Shown here: positions 21,407-31,652 of the stretch, in pieces
How the letters are laid out: each line of letters begins with the position of its first letter
How positions within the stretch are numbered: position 1 is the stretch's first letter
Notes under the pieces: generated by a model
Told to the model about the DNA's origin: nothing
What the model saw: only the letters and a program-made list of their open reading frames with translations
Database searches by the model: none
Translations under genes and position numbers: made by a program
Source of the DNA: Candidatus Bathyarchaeota archaeon
GTDB taxonomy: Archaea > Thermoproteota > Bathyarchaeia > Bathyarchaeales > Bathycorpusculaceae
Reading direction: 5' to 3'
Assembly: GCA_963775895.1 (NCBI GenBank)
Contig: CAVZKL010000009.1
Span: 32,001 to 96,000 of the forward strand
Length of the DNA: 64,000 nt

Positions 21407-22693
21407 TTAGATCACCAGTTTTTCTGGTTCTACGTTTCTGTTCTTCAGCCCCAAGTCGGTGACTTTGAATTTCTTGTCGCCGTAAAGATAGGCATATTCT
21501 TCTCCCCTGTAAAGGGCTGCCGCTATTCTCCCAATTGCGTCAGCTTTGAGTATTCCACTTCCACTGGCACCGCCAGCAACCATGACGCCGTTCTCTTCAA
21601 AAATCAACGGTTGACCGTCGATGCTATTGATTTCATACAGCCCTGCAAAAGCTGAAAAAGGTTGGCTGCCAGTGAATTGAGGGAAGTACTTCACCATGAC
21701 CTGGTAAAGGCCATACGTGTAGTAGTTTTCTTCAGGTTCAGGTTCATCCTCGATCTTGAAGGCACGGGGAAACTCGTCAGCATAAGCAAGCCACAAGGCG
21801 TCTTCTTCAGGTGCTGGACGAATGTAAGCCGTGGGCTTTGGAAGAATCGTGAATGGTAGACATCCCGCTTTGCTGAACTCCCTGCAGAAGAGCAACTTCC
21901 TCAGTTCATCAGTCTTCGCTTTGATGGAGAATATCTGCCTCTTTTTCGCCTTGATAAAACATTCAACACCAACTGGGTCCAAAAGTTGGGAAGCCCATGC
22001 CCCCGTTGCAACTATCGTCTTCTTGGCTTTTATCGGGCCCTTTGCAGTTTCTACCCCCGTGACGGATGCGTCTTGCCAGAAGTACGGTTCGCCAGGCATT
22101 CCTAAAGGTTGACGAGGTTCGACTATAAGTCTATTCACTTCCGTGTGGTATTGTATTTTTCCACCGAGTTTGAGAAACTCGGACTCATAGAATTTGACGA
22201 GCGAATCAACATCGATCAAGCCTGCCTTTGGGATTAATACCCCTTTGTGAACGCCGCCCAAACCCATCATTTTGGCTTCATCATCATTCTCGAAATCAGT
22301 CCGCATGCCAAGTTTCCCAGCCAAGTCTGCGGAATCGTATTCAACGTAATTGAAGCCTCTGCCCGCCAGTTCTTTCAAGACTGGAAGCATCCTACGGTAG
22401 CCGTCTTGATCAAAAAACCACAGGTAACCAGCCCAGCGCAGTTTCAAGTCAAACCTCAAATCGTCCTGTACGTGACGGTAAAACTCTGCTGACGAGTCTG
22501 CAAGAGCGAAGTTTGTGCCTGAGGTGAAAAGACAACGAAAAGCAGCTGCGCTCTTCGCTGTGCTGCCCTGTCCTGCGGCGCCGAGTCGGTCGACAATCAG
22601 GATGTTGAGGTCAGGGTTTGCTTTCTTGAGGTGGTATCCTGTTGATAAACCGACTATTCCTGCGCCCACTATTGCGGCATCGACCTCTACCAT
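21407..22693 (-). CDS. FAD-dependent oxidoreductase (DadA/sarcosine oxidase family)
   Basis: IVGAGIVG, STAKSAA, ATGAW, GGASGSGILKADAIG. Confidence 0.85.
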   Translation of the reverse strand: MVEVDAAIVGAGIVGLSTGYHLKKANPDLNILIVDRLGAAGQGSTAKSAAAFRCLFTSGTNFALADSSAEFYRHVQDDLRFDLKLRWAGYLWFFDQDGYRRMLPVLKELAGRGFNYVEYDSADLAGKLGMRTDFENDDEAKMMGLGGVHKGVLIPKAGLIDVDSLVKFYESEFLKLGGKIQYHTEVNRLIVEPRQPLGMPGEPYFWQDASVTGVETAKGPIKAKKTIVATGAWASQLLDPVGVECFIKAKKRQIFSIKAKTDELRKLLFCREFSKAGCLPFTILPKPTAYIRPAPEEDALWLAYADEFPRAFKIEDEPEPEENYYTYGLYQVMVKYFPQFTGSQPFSAFAGLYEINSIDGQPLIFEENGVMVAGGASGSGILKADAIGRIAAALYRGEEYAYLYGDKKFKVTDLGLKNRNVEPEKLVI

Positions 22694-22957
22694 AGGAAAC
22701 CCATCGAATTTTGAATTCAAATATTGAAAACGTACGAGATTTAAACTTAGCTGTCTCGTTGCTATGAAAAGCATTTGAAGCAAACCATGGCTTCATACCA
22801 GAAGATTATGAATCATGAGTTATTCAGCGACGTTGGAATGGTTTGAACCCTTTTCCCCATAACACCCATCGTGAAGGGAGGACAGTCTCGTTCTGAAATG
22901 CTTATTTACCCCTGAGAAATATGTTCTACAACAAACGTTCAAAATTGAAGGAGCAAT

Positions 22958-24589
22958 TTGCACATGAAACGTCGAACCCTGGCAGTTTCCACCGTTTTTA
23001 CAATCATCTTGATCTTGATTGCCGCCATAGTAGGCGCAATAATATCTTATGGATGGACCATGTCATCTTTCTTTCTGGAACCTGAGAAAGTCATCGACGT
23101 GACTATCACTGATCTGAATTTTCAGGTGAGCAACGCGAGACACTTTGGCGTAACGATCATGAACCCTTCTCACTCTGTCTCTGACACGAACATAACAGAG
23201 ATCTACGCGACGGCAACGGGATTGAACACGACGGTCGCGTCAGCCACCGACCCGGCACTCCCATTCATTCTCGCGCGGGGTACGGTTCAGACCTTTAACT
23301 GTTCACTGGTGTGGGGGGACGCCGCTGGCCAGGTTATAACTGTGCACGCGTTAACGAGCAATGATACGGAAGCCATACGCTCGGTGCAGACACAAAGCGT
23401 CCGACTAGTGATGAGCGCAGTTTTCAACGCGTCGGAAAGCGTCAACTACTTCAACGTAAGCGTCACGAGCGTGAACGCACCCATCGACCTCACTCTGAAC
23501 CGAGTGTTGTTCGACTTCAACGCCGTGAACAACACGAACTTGAATTTTATTACTCTTCCCCAGGTGATTCATTCAAATGAAACGATAAACTTCACCTGCA
23601 ACGTTGCGTGGGAAGGATACGTGAACCCAGTTCTGAGAGTGGAGACTGAAGAGGGCTATGCGGTTCAAATAACAACGGAGGCGAATGCAATCGTTAGCCT
23701 GCAAGTTGCTGGAATCAGCTTCAACGCTACGAACACCAATGAAGTTGACGTGACGCTGTTCAATTCGAATGAATCAACCAACAGTGTAGACGTTTCAAAC
23801 ATGACATTTTCATATGATAACAGCACTTTCGTAATAAACGGAAGTCTTTCAAACCCGACCTTACCAGCAACGATTGGCATAAATCAATCAGTTGTTTTTG
23901 CGTGCAAGTGGGATTGGAGCAACTTGCGTAATATGACCGTAACGGTGAACGCCTACACCTTGCAAGGATTCGTCGGCGTCTCCAACACCACGGTAACGCC
24001 TCTAAGCGTGGCCGCAAACATAACAGCTGTGAATTTCGATTTGAGCGACACAGGAATTTTCTCAGTCAACGTGACCAATATGCCCTACTCGCTCAGCGCC
24101 GTCAATGTTACCAGCATCTATATCAACCAAGCTAATGCCAGCTTCAATCCAACGACGTTAAGCGCAGGACAGCAAGCCACAGTAGCGTGCAACTATAACT
24201 GGTCAGGCTTTATAGGACAAGACGCGAGAATAACAGTCTACTTCAATTCCGACTCAAACGGATTCTCAGAGGTCTACAATTTCCACATCCCGTACATCAA
24301 AGTCACAGGCGCAACCTTCTTGTCCAATTCAGACAACAGCTTCTACGTGAATGTCACCGTCCACAACAGCGAGTTTTCCAAGGTCAACGCCACGATCACA
24401 ACCGTGCAAGTCAGTACGAATAACACAACAGTTCCAATCACTGGAGTCACAGGATACACGATCAACGTGGGATCAGATATTGCAATAGTCTGTCCGTGGT
24501 ATTGGAAGCAGTATTCGACCCAAAACATAACTGTGACCGTTTACACTGCGGACGGAACAGTAGCGTCAGCAACCTTTGAAGTCCCGTAG
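22958..24589 (+). CDS. Large surface glycoprotein with type IV pilin-like N-terminus and five tandem beta-sandwich repeats
   Basis: KRRTLA|VSTVFTIILILIAAIVGAIISYGW leader; five ~100-aa repeats each containing C-x3-W; many N-x-S/T sequons. Confidence 0.75.
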   Translation: MHMKRRTLAVSTVFTIILILIAAIVGAIISYGWTMSSFFLEPEKVIDVTITDLNFQVSNARHFGVTIMNPSHSVSDTNITEIYATATGLNTTVASATDPALPFILARGTVQTFNCSLVWGDAAGQVITVHALTSNDTEAIRSVQTQSVRLVMSAVFNASESVNYFNVSVTSVNAPIDLTLNRVLFDFNAVNNTNLNFITLPQVIHSNETINFTCNVAWEGYVNPVLRVETEEGYAVQITTEANAIVSLQVAGISFNATNTNEVDVTLFNSNESTNSVDVSNMTFSYDNSTFVINGSLSNPTLPATIGINQSVVFACKWDWSNLRNMTVTVNAYTLQGFVGVSNTTVTPLSVAANITAVNFDLSDTGIFSVNVTNMPYSLSAVNVTSIYINQANASFNPTTLSAGQQATVACNYNWSGFIGQDARITVYFNSDSNGFSEVYNFHIPYIKVTGATFLSNSDNSFYVNVTVHNSEFSKVNATITTVQVSTNNTTVPITGVTGYTINVGSDIAIVCPWYWKQYSTQNITVTVYTADGTVASATFEVP

Positions 24590-24638
24590 CGCATCCACAA
24601 CCTTTATTTCATTTTTCGAGCCAACCACACGAAGAAGC

Positions 24639-25853
24639 GTGACACTCTTGACAAGCGTCAAACCTACAGAAAGAGTGCGCGAAGTTGAATATCCAATTCG
24701 TGACGTCATTCCATACGCGAAACAGGTCGCGAAAACAGGCAAGAAGATCTACTATCTAAACATCGGCGACCCAAACGCATTCGATTTTGACACGCCAATC
24801 CACATAAAACAAGCCTTAATCAAAGCAGTTCAAGAGAAAGCGAACGCTTACTCACCTTCAGAGGGACTGCAAGAGCTCAGAGAGGCGATAAGTCAAAAAG
24901 AGAAAAGAGTCAACGATGTTGAATTCTCACCAGACGACGTCATTGTAACCTCTGGAATTTCTGAAGGTATCCAAATGGTGATGGCAGCACTCATCAACCG
25001 TGGAGACGAAATTCTCCTTCCAGGACCGACGTACCCACCATACATTGCCTATGCAAAATTCTTTGGTGGAATTCCCATCACATATAGAACCGTCGAAGAA
25101 AAAGGCTGGCAACCAGACACCGACGACATTAGAAAGAAAGTGTCCAAGAAAACCCGCGCCATAACAATAATAAATCCAAACAACCCATGCGGGGCACTGT
25201 ATGACGAAAAAATAGTAAGAGAAATGTCCGACATAGCCGCCGAGCACGACATCCCAATCGTTGCAGATGAAATCTACGACCGAATAGTCTTCGAGAAAAA
25301 ACTCGTTAGCACAGCTCACTTGGCCAAAGACGTACCAGTTATAGGGCTAAATGGCTTCTCGAAAGTCTATCTGATGACAGGCTGGAGACTCGGCTACGTT
25401 TATTTCCACAGTTCAGATGGTCGGTTAAGAGAAATGAAGGAGTGCATAGAGAAAGAGGGCAGACTAAGACTCTGCGTAAACACGCCAGTCCAAAAAGCCG
25501 GAGTAGCCGCCTTGAATGGCCCTCAGGACCATATTGGACCAACCGTCGAGAAAATTCGACAGAGAAGCCTTTTTGCATGGAAAAGGCTGAACGAGATTGA
25601 AGGAATCAGCTGCGCAAAACCGCAAGCAGCTTTTTACGTTTTTCCCAAGATTCACGGTGTAGGGTCGAAATGGAAGACAGATATGGAATTTGTACTCGAT
25701 CTCCTGAGAGAGACGGGTGTGCTTTTTGTCCATGGATCTGGCTTCGATCCTGTTTACGGAGCTGGACACGTGAGAGGAGTTGTCCTTCCCCCGCCTGAGG
25801 ATCTAACGAAGGCACTTGATGAAGTTGAAGGCTTCATGAAGAAACATGGGTAG
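24639..25853 (+). CDS. Class I PLP aminotransferase (alanine aminotransferase-like)
   Basis: LNIGDP, INPNNPCG, DEIY, GFSK.YLMTGWRLG; start uncertain. Confidence 0.9.
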   Translation: MTLLTSVKPTERVREVEYPIRDVIPYAKQVAKTGKKIYYLNIGDPNAFDFDTPIHIKQALIKAVQEKANAYSPSEGLQELREAISQKEKRVNDVEFSPDDVIVTSGISEGIQMVMAALINRGDEILLPGPTYPPYIAYAKFFGGIPITYRTVEEKGWQPDTDDIRKKVSKKTRAITIINPNNPCGALYDEKIVREMSDIAAEHDIPIVADEIYDRIVFEKKLVSTAHLAKDVPVIGLNGFSKVYLMTGWRLGYVYFHSSDGRLREMKECIEKEGRLRLCVNTPVQKAGVAALNGPQDHIGPTVEKIRQRSLFAWKRLNEIEGISCAKPQAAFYVFPKIHGVGSKWKTDMEFVLDLLRETGVLFVHGSGFDPVYGAGHVRGVVLPPPEDLTKALDEVEGFMKKHG

Positions 25854-25883
25854 AAATAGGCTGAAACTCTCTTAATTCTGGCG

Positions 25884-26774
25884 TTATTGATAGATGACTA
25901 TTCCTTCCTTTGGGTCGCGAACGAGTTTCGTGAATTCTGCCTGCAATCGTCTTGTGATTGCACCAGGCTTGCCGTCATTTATCTGTCTCTTGTTTATTTC
26001 TCTGAGTGGTATGATTTCCGAAGCTGTTCCGGTGAAAAAGACTTCGTCAGCGTTGAAGAGCTGAAACGGAGTGATGATTGTTTCTTTCACATCATAACCC
26101 AATCGCTTTGCCAAGTCCTGAACCGCTTCCGCGGTTATGCCGCGCAACGCCCCCGTGTAGGTTGGCGGTGTGCACAGCTTCCCCTTTTTCACCATGAATA
26201 TGTTCTCGGCTACTCCCTCGCACACAAAGCCGTTCTTATCAAGGACTATTGCTTCGTCTACTCCCCATATGTTCGCCTCGATCTTGGCTAGAATGCTGTT
26301 GAGGTAGTTGAGAGATTTTATTTCGTGCGACGTAGCATCAACGGGATCTCTCTTAACCCATGAAATCAGCGCGGCTATACCTTTTTCCTTGGCATCGTCG
26401 CCATGCAGCATGATCGAGTCGGTTATTATTATTATCGTCGGTTTGGGGCATCTGCGCGGGTTCAGTCCAAGGTCTCCTTTGCCTCTTGTGACCACAAGAC
26501 GAATGTAGGCATCTTTCAGTTTGTTTCTGCGCAGGGTTTCAAGCGTTCTCTGTATCATTTCCTCTCTACTAATGGGGATTTGAAGCATTATCATGTGAGC
26601 TGAACTGTAAAGTCTGTCTATGTGTTCCTTTAACCTGAAAACCACTCCGTTGTAGGCGCGGATGCCTTCGAATATGCCATCACCATAGAGTAGACCATGA
26701 TCGAAAACTGAAATCTTCGCTTCAGACTTTGGATAGAAGTTTTCATCTATATAGACCTGCAGCTCGCTGTCCAA
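25884..26774 (-). CDS. ilvE: Branched-chain amino acid aminotransferase
   Basis: DHGLLYGDGIFEGIR, KSLNY, L.GIT, FTGTASE. Confidence 0.95.
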   Translation of the reverse strand: MDSELQVYIDENFYPKSEAKISVFDHGLLYGDGIFEGIRAYNGVVFRLKEHIDRLYSSAHMIMLQIPISREEMIQRTLETLRRNKLKDAYIRLVVTRGKGDLGLNPRRCPKPTIIIITDSIMLHGDDAKEKGIAALISWVKRDPVDATSHEIKSLNYLNSILAKIEANIWGVDEAIVLDKNGFVCEGVAENIFMVKKGKLCTPPTYTGALRGITAEAVQDLAKRLGYDVKETIITPFQLFNADEVFFTGTASEIIPLREINKRQINDGKPGAITRRLQAEFTKLVRDPKEGIVIYQ

Positions 26775-26859
26775 ATTGTTCCCTCCTGAAACGCGAATTT
26801 AGTCTAAGAAGTCAAGGTTTCATATATCTTTTGGAAAGACCCACCAGTTCTCACCGTCA

Positions 26860-28731
26860 CTAACCGTAGAATTGAGGTCTTTTCGACAGATATTTAGGTA
26901 AAGGCAGAGGTCTGAACGGTTTGCTTTTGACTGTCTTTTCAACTTCAGACACAAAGTCCGCCAACTTGAGCCTGCGCAGTTCTCCAGTTGAACGGTCCCG
27001 TACAGGAAGCACTCCGGATTCAAGTTCTTTCTGACCTACAACGATTACGCATGGAACCCATTCCATTTCGGCCTCCCGCACTTTCTTCTGCAGTGTGAGC
27101 GTGCGATCGTCAATGTCTACGCGTATGTGATGTGCTTCTATCTGTTCGGCGATTTTCTCTACTTCTTTGAGAAAGCTGTCGGACACGGGGACGAGACGGA
27201 CCTGCGTGGGAGAGAGCCAAAAGGGAAGCATTGGCGGTTTGCCTTTTTTCTGCATCTTGTAGGCTTTTTCCAACAACGCGTAAACGTCTCTTTCGATAGC
27301 TCCGCTTGGGGAACAATGCAGTATGAGCGGATATTGCTTCTCTCCTTTCTCGTCAACAAACGTTATCCCATATCTCCTGGCGTTCTCAACGTCAATCTGA
27401 TCTGTTGAAAGAGCCGCAGCCTTGTCCTGATTGTCGACGTAGTTCATGTCCCACTTCATCACGTAGTAGAAGAAACGTTCGTTCCACATTTCGACCAACA
27501 TGGGCTTAGCGAAAATCTTTGCCAAGGAGGCTATGAACTTCTTGTTTTCTTCATAGAAATCCTTGGTGAATCTGATCCCCACTTCAAAGTCGTCTTTGTT
27601 GAGTCCAATCTCTTCCAGGATTTTCGTGCTCAGTTTAAACCGAACCTCGAACTCCTTCTTTGCTTGTCGTAAGTCTTCGCAGAACGCGTGGCAGTCAGGC
27701 ATGCTGAATGCTCTGAGTCGCCTCAGACCCACAACTTCACCGCTTTTTTCTTTCCTGAAACTGTACCGGGTTAACTCGTAGACTTTCATGGGTAATTGCT
27801 TGTAGGAGAACTGAGCATCATGCACCATCAAGAATTGTCCGAAGCACGCGGCGAACCTCAGGAAGAGCTCCTTATCCTCGGATTTCAGCAAGTATTGTCT
27901 GGCTGGGAAACGGTTCAGGTAATCTGCCAAGCTTGGGTGCTGAAAATCATACATCACTGGAGTCTCGACTTCCATGGCCCCATACTCGTTCATCTTCGCA
28001 CTGACAAAAGTCTCAAGTAGAGCCTTGATGAGGCGCCCCTTTGGGTACCAACGGATGTTGCCTGGATCGCTTCCAAGCTCGTAATCCGCGATTTCCAGCT
28101 TCTTCATAAGTGTTACGTGAGGAGGCATCTGCTGGCTCGCTCTCACCTTGGATATCTCGTATCTAGAAAACTTTTGCAGATTCTCGTGCCCTTTGAATTT
28201 GAACTCCTCCACCGGCACGAGTTTTCCGTCTGTCTGTAGAATGTACCAGTAGGATCTGAGCTTCTCCTCAGCCTTCACCGCTTCGGAAATCTTTTCTTCA
28301 TCCTTCTTCGCCTTACTGGTTGTTGGTAGAATTTCACGTGACTGTTCCGCGAGAGGATGCCCCTTAACCGAGATCGCAAATTGCTTGTTCCACCCGAAAG
28401 GCGCACGGTGTGTTTCTATGCCTTTCTCGGACGCGTAAGATTCCATCGCTTTCACGATCTTCAGTGCTTCTGAAGGCTTTGCCAACTTGCTGCTCAAGTG
28501 AGCGTAGGGGTAGATTAGAATGCGGTTTACTCCAAGTTTTCCGAGGAAGGCTTGGACCTCGTCAATTGCCTTCTGTCCGACTGATATATCGTCGCCTTCT
28601 TCTACGGCTGTGAAGAGCACGATCAGTTCCTCTAGACGATTCTCTCTCTTGTCTGCTTCCTCAGCGAGCGCAATCTCCTTTTCAACTGGTTTGTACACGA
28701 TGAAATTAGAATGCAACTGTAAAATTCTCAT
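26860..28731 (-). CDS. thrS: Threonine--tRNA ligase (archaeal, N-terminal editing domain)
   Basis: MRILQLH, YPYAHLS, APFGW, GHPLAE, RFAACFG, MPDCH, LHCSPSGAIER. Confidence 0.96.
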   Translation of the reverse strand: MRILQLHSNFIVYKPVEKEIALAEEADKRENRLEELIVLFTAVEEGDDISVGQKAIDEVQAFLGKLGVNRILIYPYAHLSSKLAKPSEALKIVKAMESYASEKGIETHRAPFGWNKQFAISVKGHPLAEQSREILPTTSKAKKDEEKISEAVKAEEKLRSYWYILQTDGKLVPVEEFKFKGHENLQKFSRYEISKVRASQQMPPHVTLMKKLEIADYELGSDPGNIRWYPKGRLIKALLETFVSAKMNEYGAMEVETPVMYDFQHPSLADYLNRFPARQYLLKSEDKELFLRFAACFGQFLMVHDAQFSYKQLPMKVYELTRYSFRKEKSGEVVGLRRLRAFSMPDCHAFCEDLRQAKKEFEVRFKLSTKILEEIGLNKDDFEVGIRFTKDFYEENKKFIASLAKIFAKPMLVEMWNERFFYYVMKWDMNYVDNQDKAAALSTDQIDVENARRYGITFVDEKGEKQYPLILHCSPSGAIERDVYALLEKAYKMQKKGKPPMLPFWLSPTQVRLVPVSDSFLKEVEKIAEQIEAHHIRVDIDDRTLTLQKKVREAEMEWVPCVIVVGQKELESGVLPVRDRSTGELRRLKLADFVSEVEKTVKSKPFRPLPLPKYLSKRPQFYG

Positions 28732-28752
28732 CGACTATGCTCCTCCCAATGC

Positions 28753-28959
28753 TTAGGCGCTGTACCGCCACTTCTCAAGTTGCTTGTCTTTTTTCGTTTT
28801 CTTCTTGTACTCCTTGTAATGTTCCTTGCACAAGTATGCGTGTCTTTCGTCGGTCACTTTCAACCCTGCTTTCTTTACCTTTGGAGCTGAAAGCGAGCGA
28901 ACAGCACTCCCGCCGCAACCGGATATGTTGCATTTCACGCCTTTTTCTATACGTCCCAC
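28753..28959 (-). CDS. Small basic Zn-finger-like protein
   Basis: CNISGC ... LCKEHYKEYKK; inside the operon upstream of thrS. Confidence 0.75.
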   Translation of the reverse strand: MGRIEKGVKCNISGCGGSAVRSLSAPKVKKAGLKVTDERHAYLCKEHYKEYKKKTKKDKQLEKWRYSA

Positions 28960-29005
28960 GTTCAGTGCCTCTCTTGAATCAAATTATGTTGCAATAGAAT
29001 ACACT

Positions 29006-29919
29006 TCATCCCTTAATTTCTTTTTCATACAGAACTCGAGCCCTTCGGTAAATCTCATCACCATTGCCGAAACAAGTGGGGCCCACACCTTCAACCACGA
29101 GCGAAGCAACCGCAGAACCGACGTATGAACACCAAGAGATATCCTCGCCACGAACGTATTCTGCCAGAAAACCTCCGATGAAAGCGTCTCCAGCACCAGT
29201 GGGATCAACAAGTCTTTCAGGCGTGAACGCAGGAACTTCGTGAATCGCTCCTTCGACCGAAACAACAGCACCTTTAGCCCCCAAGGTGACTACGACGATT
29301 TTGGCACCACGATCATGAACCGCCTTGATGGCCGAGGTCAATTCAGACAACCCAGTCACAGCTTCAATTTCAACGAGTGAAGATTTGAAGATGTCAACGA
29401 GTTCTAAAATGCGCCTGTCGGTTAAGGGAACGATAGTTACGGTCCCTGCATCATCGAAACTCCTTACGAGTCCTTGTGGGTCAAGGGAAACGACTTTCCC
29501 GCAGCCTTTCAGCTCTTGGATTCCGTCAAAACCGATTTCGTGGGCTATAGATCCAACGTGAACTGCTTCAGCTTTGGGAACATGCGACAGGTCTTCAATA
29601 GTTATTGGAGAGGCCCTGCATTCTGACCGCAGAGATCGTTCTGACAAATCAGCACTGTACTTCAGTTCAAAACGGGTCGTTTGCGAATTAACATCTTTCG
29701 TAACGTTTGACAGGTCAATGCCTTCTTGCCCAAGCCACCATCTGTAAGCCTCTGGGAAGTCACAGCCAACTTTGGAAACCACGGCGACTCGAGCACCCAG
29801 ACGCCGAGCCGCAAGTGAGACATACGCGGAAGCACCGCCTAATACAACGAATCGGTTTTTCCTATCAGGTAGCAGAATTGAATCTATAGAAAGTGCCCCA
29901 CTGACACAATGTCAAACAC
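29006..29919 (-). CDS. PfkB-family carbohydrate kinase (1-bp frameshift near 29890)
   Basis: MFDIVSVGHF/SIDSI...LGGASAY is restored by adding one T; DPTGAGDAFIGGF. Confidence 0.88.
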
Positions 29920-30162
29920 GCGCGTCTCTGACCTCGCCAACAATATCAGAGCATATTGAACTTAAAACCAGCGGAATCCTCGTTTCTTAAGCTCAGAACT
30001 CCATGCTGAGTTCCTGCACTTGACAACATTTCCATTTGTTTTTCTCAGATAGATTCTGCAGATGGTTGCGCCAATTCTGTTTTCCTCGATCGCAGTTTCG
30101 AAACACAGTTCTAACGCTAATTTTGCGCAGCGACTGGTCAACTGAAAGACGCAAAAGCATTT

Positions 30163-30516
30163 TCAAAACTTTGTTTGCAAAAGAAGAATCGCTTTGGCCA
30201 GATCTCCACCGCTCTCTTCCAGCGCCCTGCGAGCCTCGTCCAAGCTCTTCCCAGTCTGGTCGGCGACAAGCCTAACGTCCTCTTCAGCTATTCCGGCCGC
30301 TTTGTGCTCAGCGGCCTTCTCAGTGACCTTGCCTCCAGTGACCTGAAAAATCTTCTGTCCCTGCACGTCAAGTATCGCAACTTCAGGTTCTTCAATCTTG
30401 ATTTCCTTGCTGTTTGTTCTTATCACAACCTCTTGAACGTCGGCGACCGCATCCATACTCATGCCCATTCGTTGCATCATTCTCTTGGCTTCTCTTGGAT
30501 TAACACGTCTCTGCAT
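30163..30516 (-). CDS. nac: Nascent polypeptide-associated complex protein
   Basis: NPR..RMMQRMG, C-terminal UBA 'ALEESGGDLAKAIL'. Confidence 0.93.
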   Translation of the reverse strand: MQRRVNPREAKRMMQRMGMSMDAVADVQEVVIRTNSKEIKIEEPEVAILDVQGQKIFQVTGGKVTEKAAEHKAAGIAEEDVRLVADQTGKSLDEARRALEESGGDLAKAILLLQTKF

Positions 30517-30560
30517 GATACCACCTTGACTTCAATCCTTACTATTGAATACTCATATAC

Positions 30561-31037
30561 TTAACCTTCATCCAGACAGCCTCGTCTCACCTTAACGGCG
30601 ACGCCTCGCTTAAACGCCTTCATTTCATCCCCTGACAACAAAGCGCGTCCAACAGCAAGGACCTTGCTGTTACTATCAAGGATTATCACCTCGTCTTTCG
30701 CGCGTATTTCGCTATCTGCCCTGATGACGTGCGCGGCAAACACGTCGCCTCCTTCGATGATGAATTTTGAAACGTCATCTCGAATGGTTACAAAACATTT
30801 TGCGGAAGGTGCTTTTTGGGCGATGCGGTTAGCGCCTTCGATGCTGAGGGAGAACAAACCGTCTGTCGGACGCATCGTGGCGATCCGCTTTTCACCCGAG
30901 AATACGTACCGGATACGGCCTGTTCGCATTGAGAAGGAGATTTTGACTCCATTTGGAAACAGTTTGGCGCCTACACCTCGGCCAAACTGATAATCTCCCA
31001 CGGCTCTTATTCGCACTAGAGCGTCTTCCAAACTCAC
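30561..31037 (-). CDS. PUA domain protein (archaeosine TGT C-terminal-like)
   Basis: DYQFG, TGRIR, VFAAHV, AVGRA, GVAVKVR. Confidence 0.88.
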   Translation of the reverse strand: MSLEDALVRIRAVGDYQFGRGVGAKLFPNGVKISFSMRTGRIRYVFSGEKRIATMRPTDGLFSLSIEGANRIAQKAPSAKCFVTIRDDVSKFIIEGGDVFAAHVIRADSEIRAKDEVIILDSNSKVLAVGRALLSGDEMKAFKRGVAVKVRRGCLDEG

Positions 31038-31103
31038 GCACCGTTTGCTAAGCTTATTCGTTCGACAACTATAAAGACGACCTCAATATTAAGAGCAACT
31101 CAG

Positions 31104-31652
31104 GTGCGACAATTGCGGTGCGAAGTCTGCGGATGCAGAATCGGCGGAAAACCTTTCAACGTTATCATCGAGGGAGCAAGGCTGACCGTCTGCGGTGAAT
31201 GCGCAAAGCATGGAAAGATCTGTTACGATGAACCTAAGCCTAAACTGACATTCGCGAAGCCAAAAGCAAGACCGGTGATGTTGAGGGTTCAGCCAAAACC
31301 TAAGCCCCCATCCGTGGACACTAGCTTGGAGTTGGTTGAAGATTACGGTGTCAAAATAAGAAAGGCAAGAGAGCAACTTGGACTTTCCCACGAAGAACTG
31401 GGCAAGCGAATAAACGAGAAAGTCTCTCTCCTCCGGAAAATCGAAACTGGAAAAATGACGCCTGACGATAAGCTTGCGGCGGCACTAGAACATGCACTGA
31501 AAATCAAGCTGATCGTGCTTGCGAAGGAAGTTAAGGTCATTGAAGCCAAAATACCCAAGAAGCCAAGTCGGGAATTGACTTTTGGAGACTTGATTCAGCT
31601 GAAGAAGAAAGGCGGGGATGAGGAGGAAACTGCCGAACGAAAGCGATCCTAG
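31104..31652 (+). CDS. mbf1: Archaeal multiprotein bridging factor aMBF1
   Basis: CEVCG..VCGEC Zn ribbon, HTH 'AREQLGLSHEELG', LTFGD. Confidence 0.92.
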   Translation: MRQLRCEVCGCRIGGKPFNVIIEGARLTVCGECAKHGKICYDEPKPKLTFAKPKARPVMLRVQPKPKPPSVDTSLELVEDYGVKIRKAREQLGLSHEELGKRINEKVSLLRKIETGKMTPDDKLAAALEHALKIKLIVLAKEVKVIEAKIPKKPSRELTFGDLIQLKKKGGDEEETAERKRS

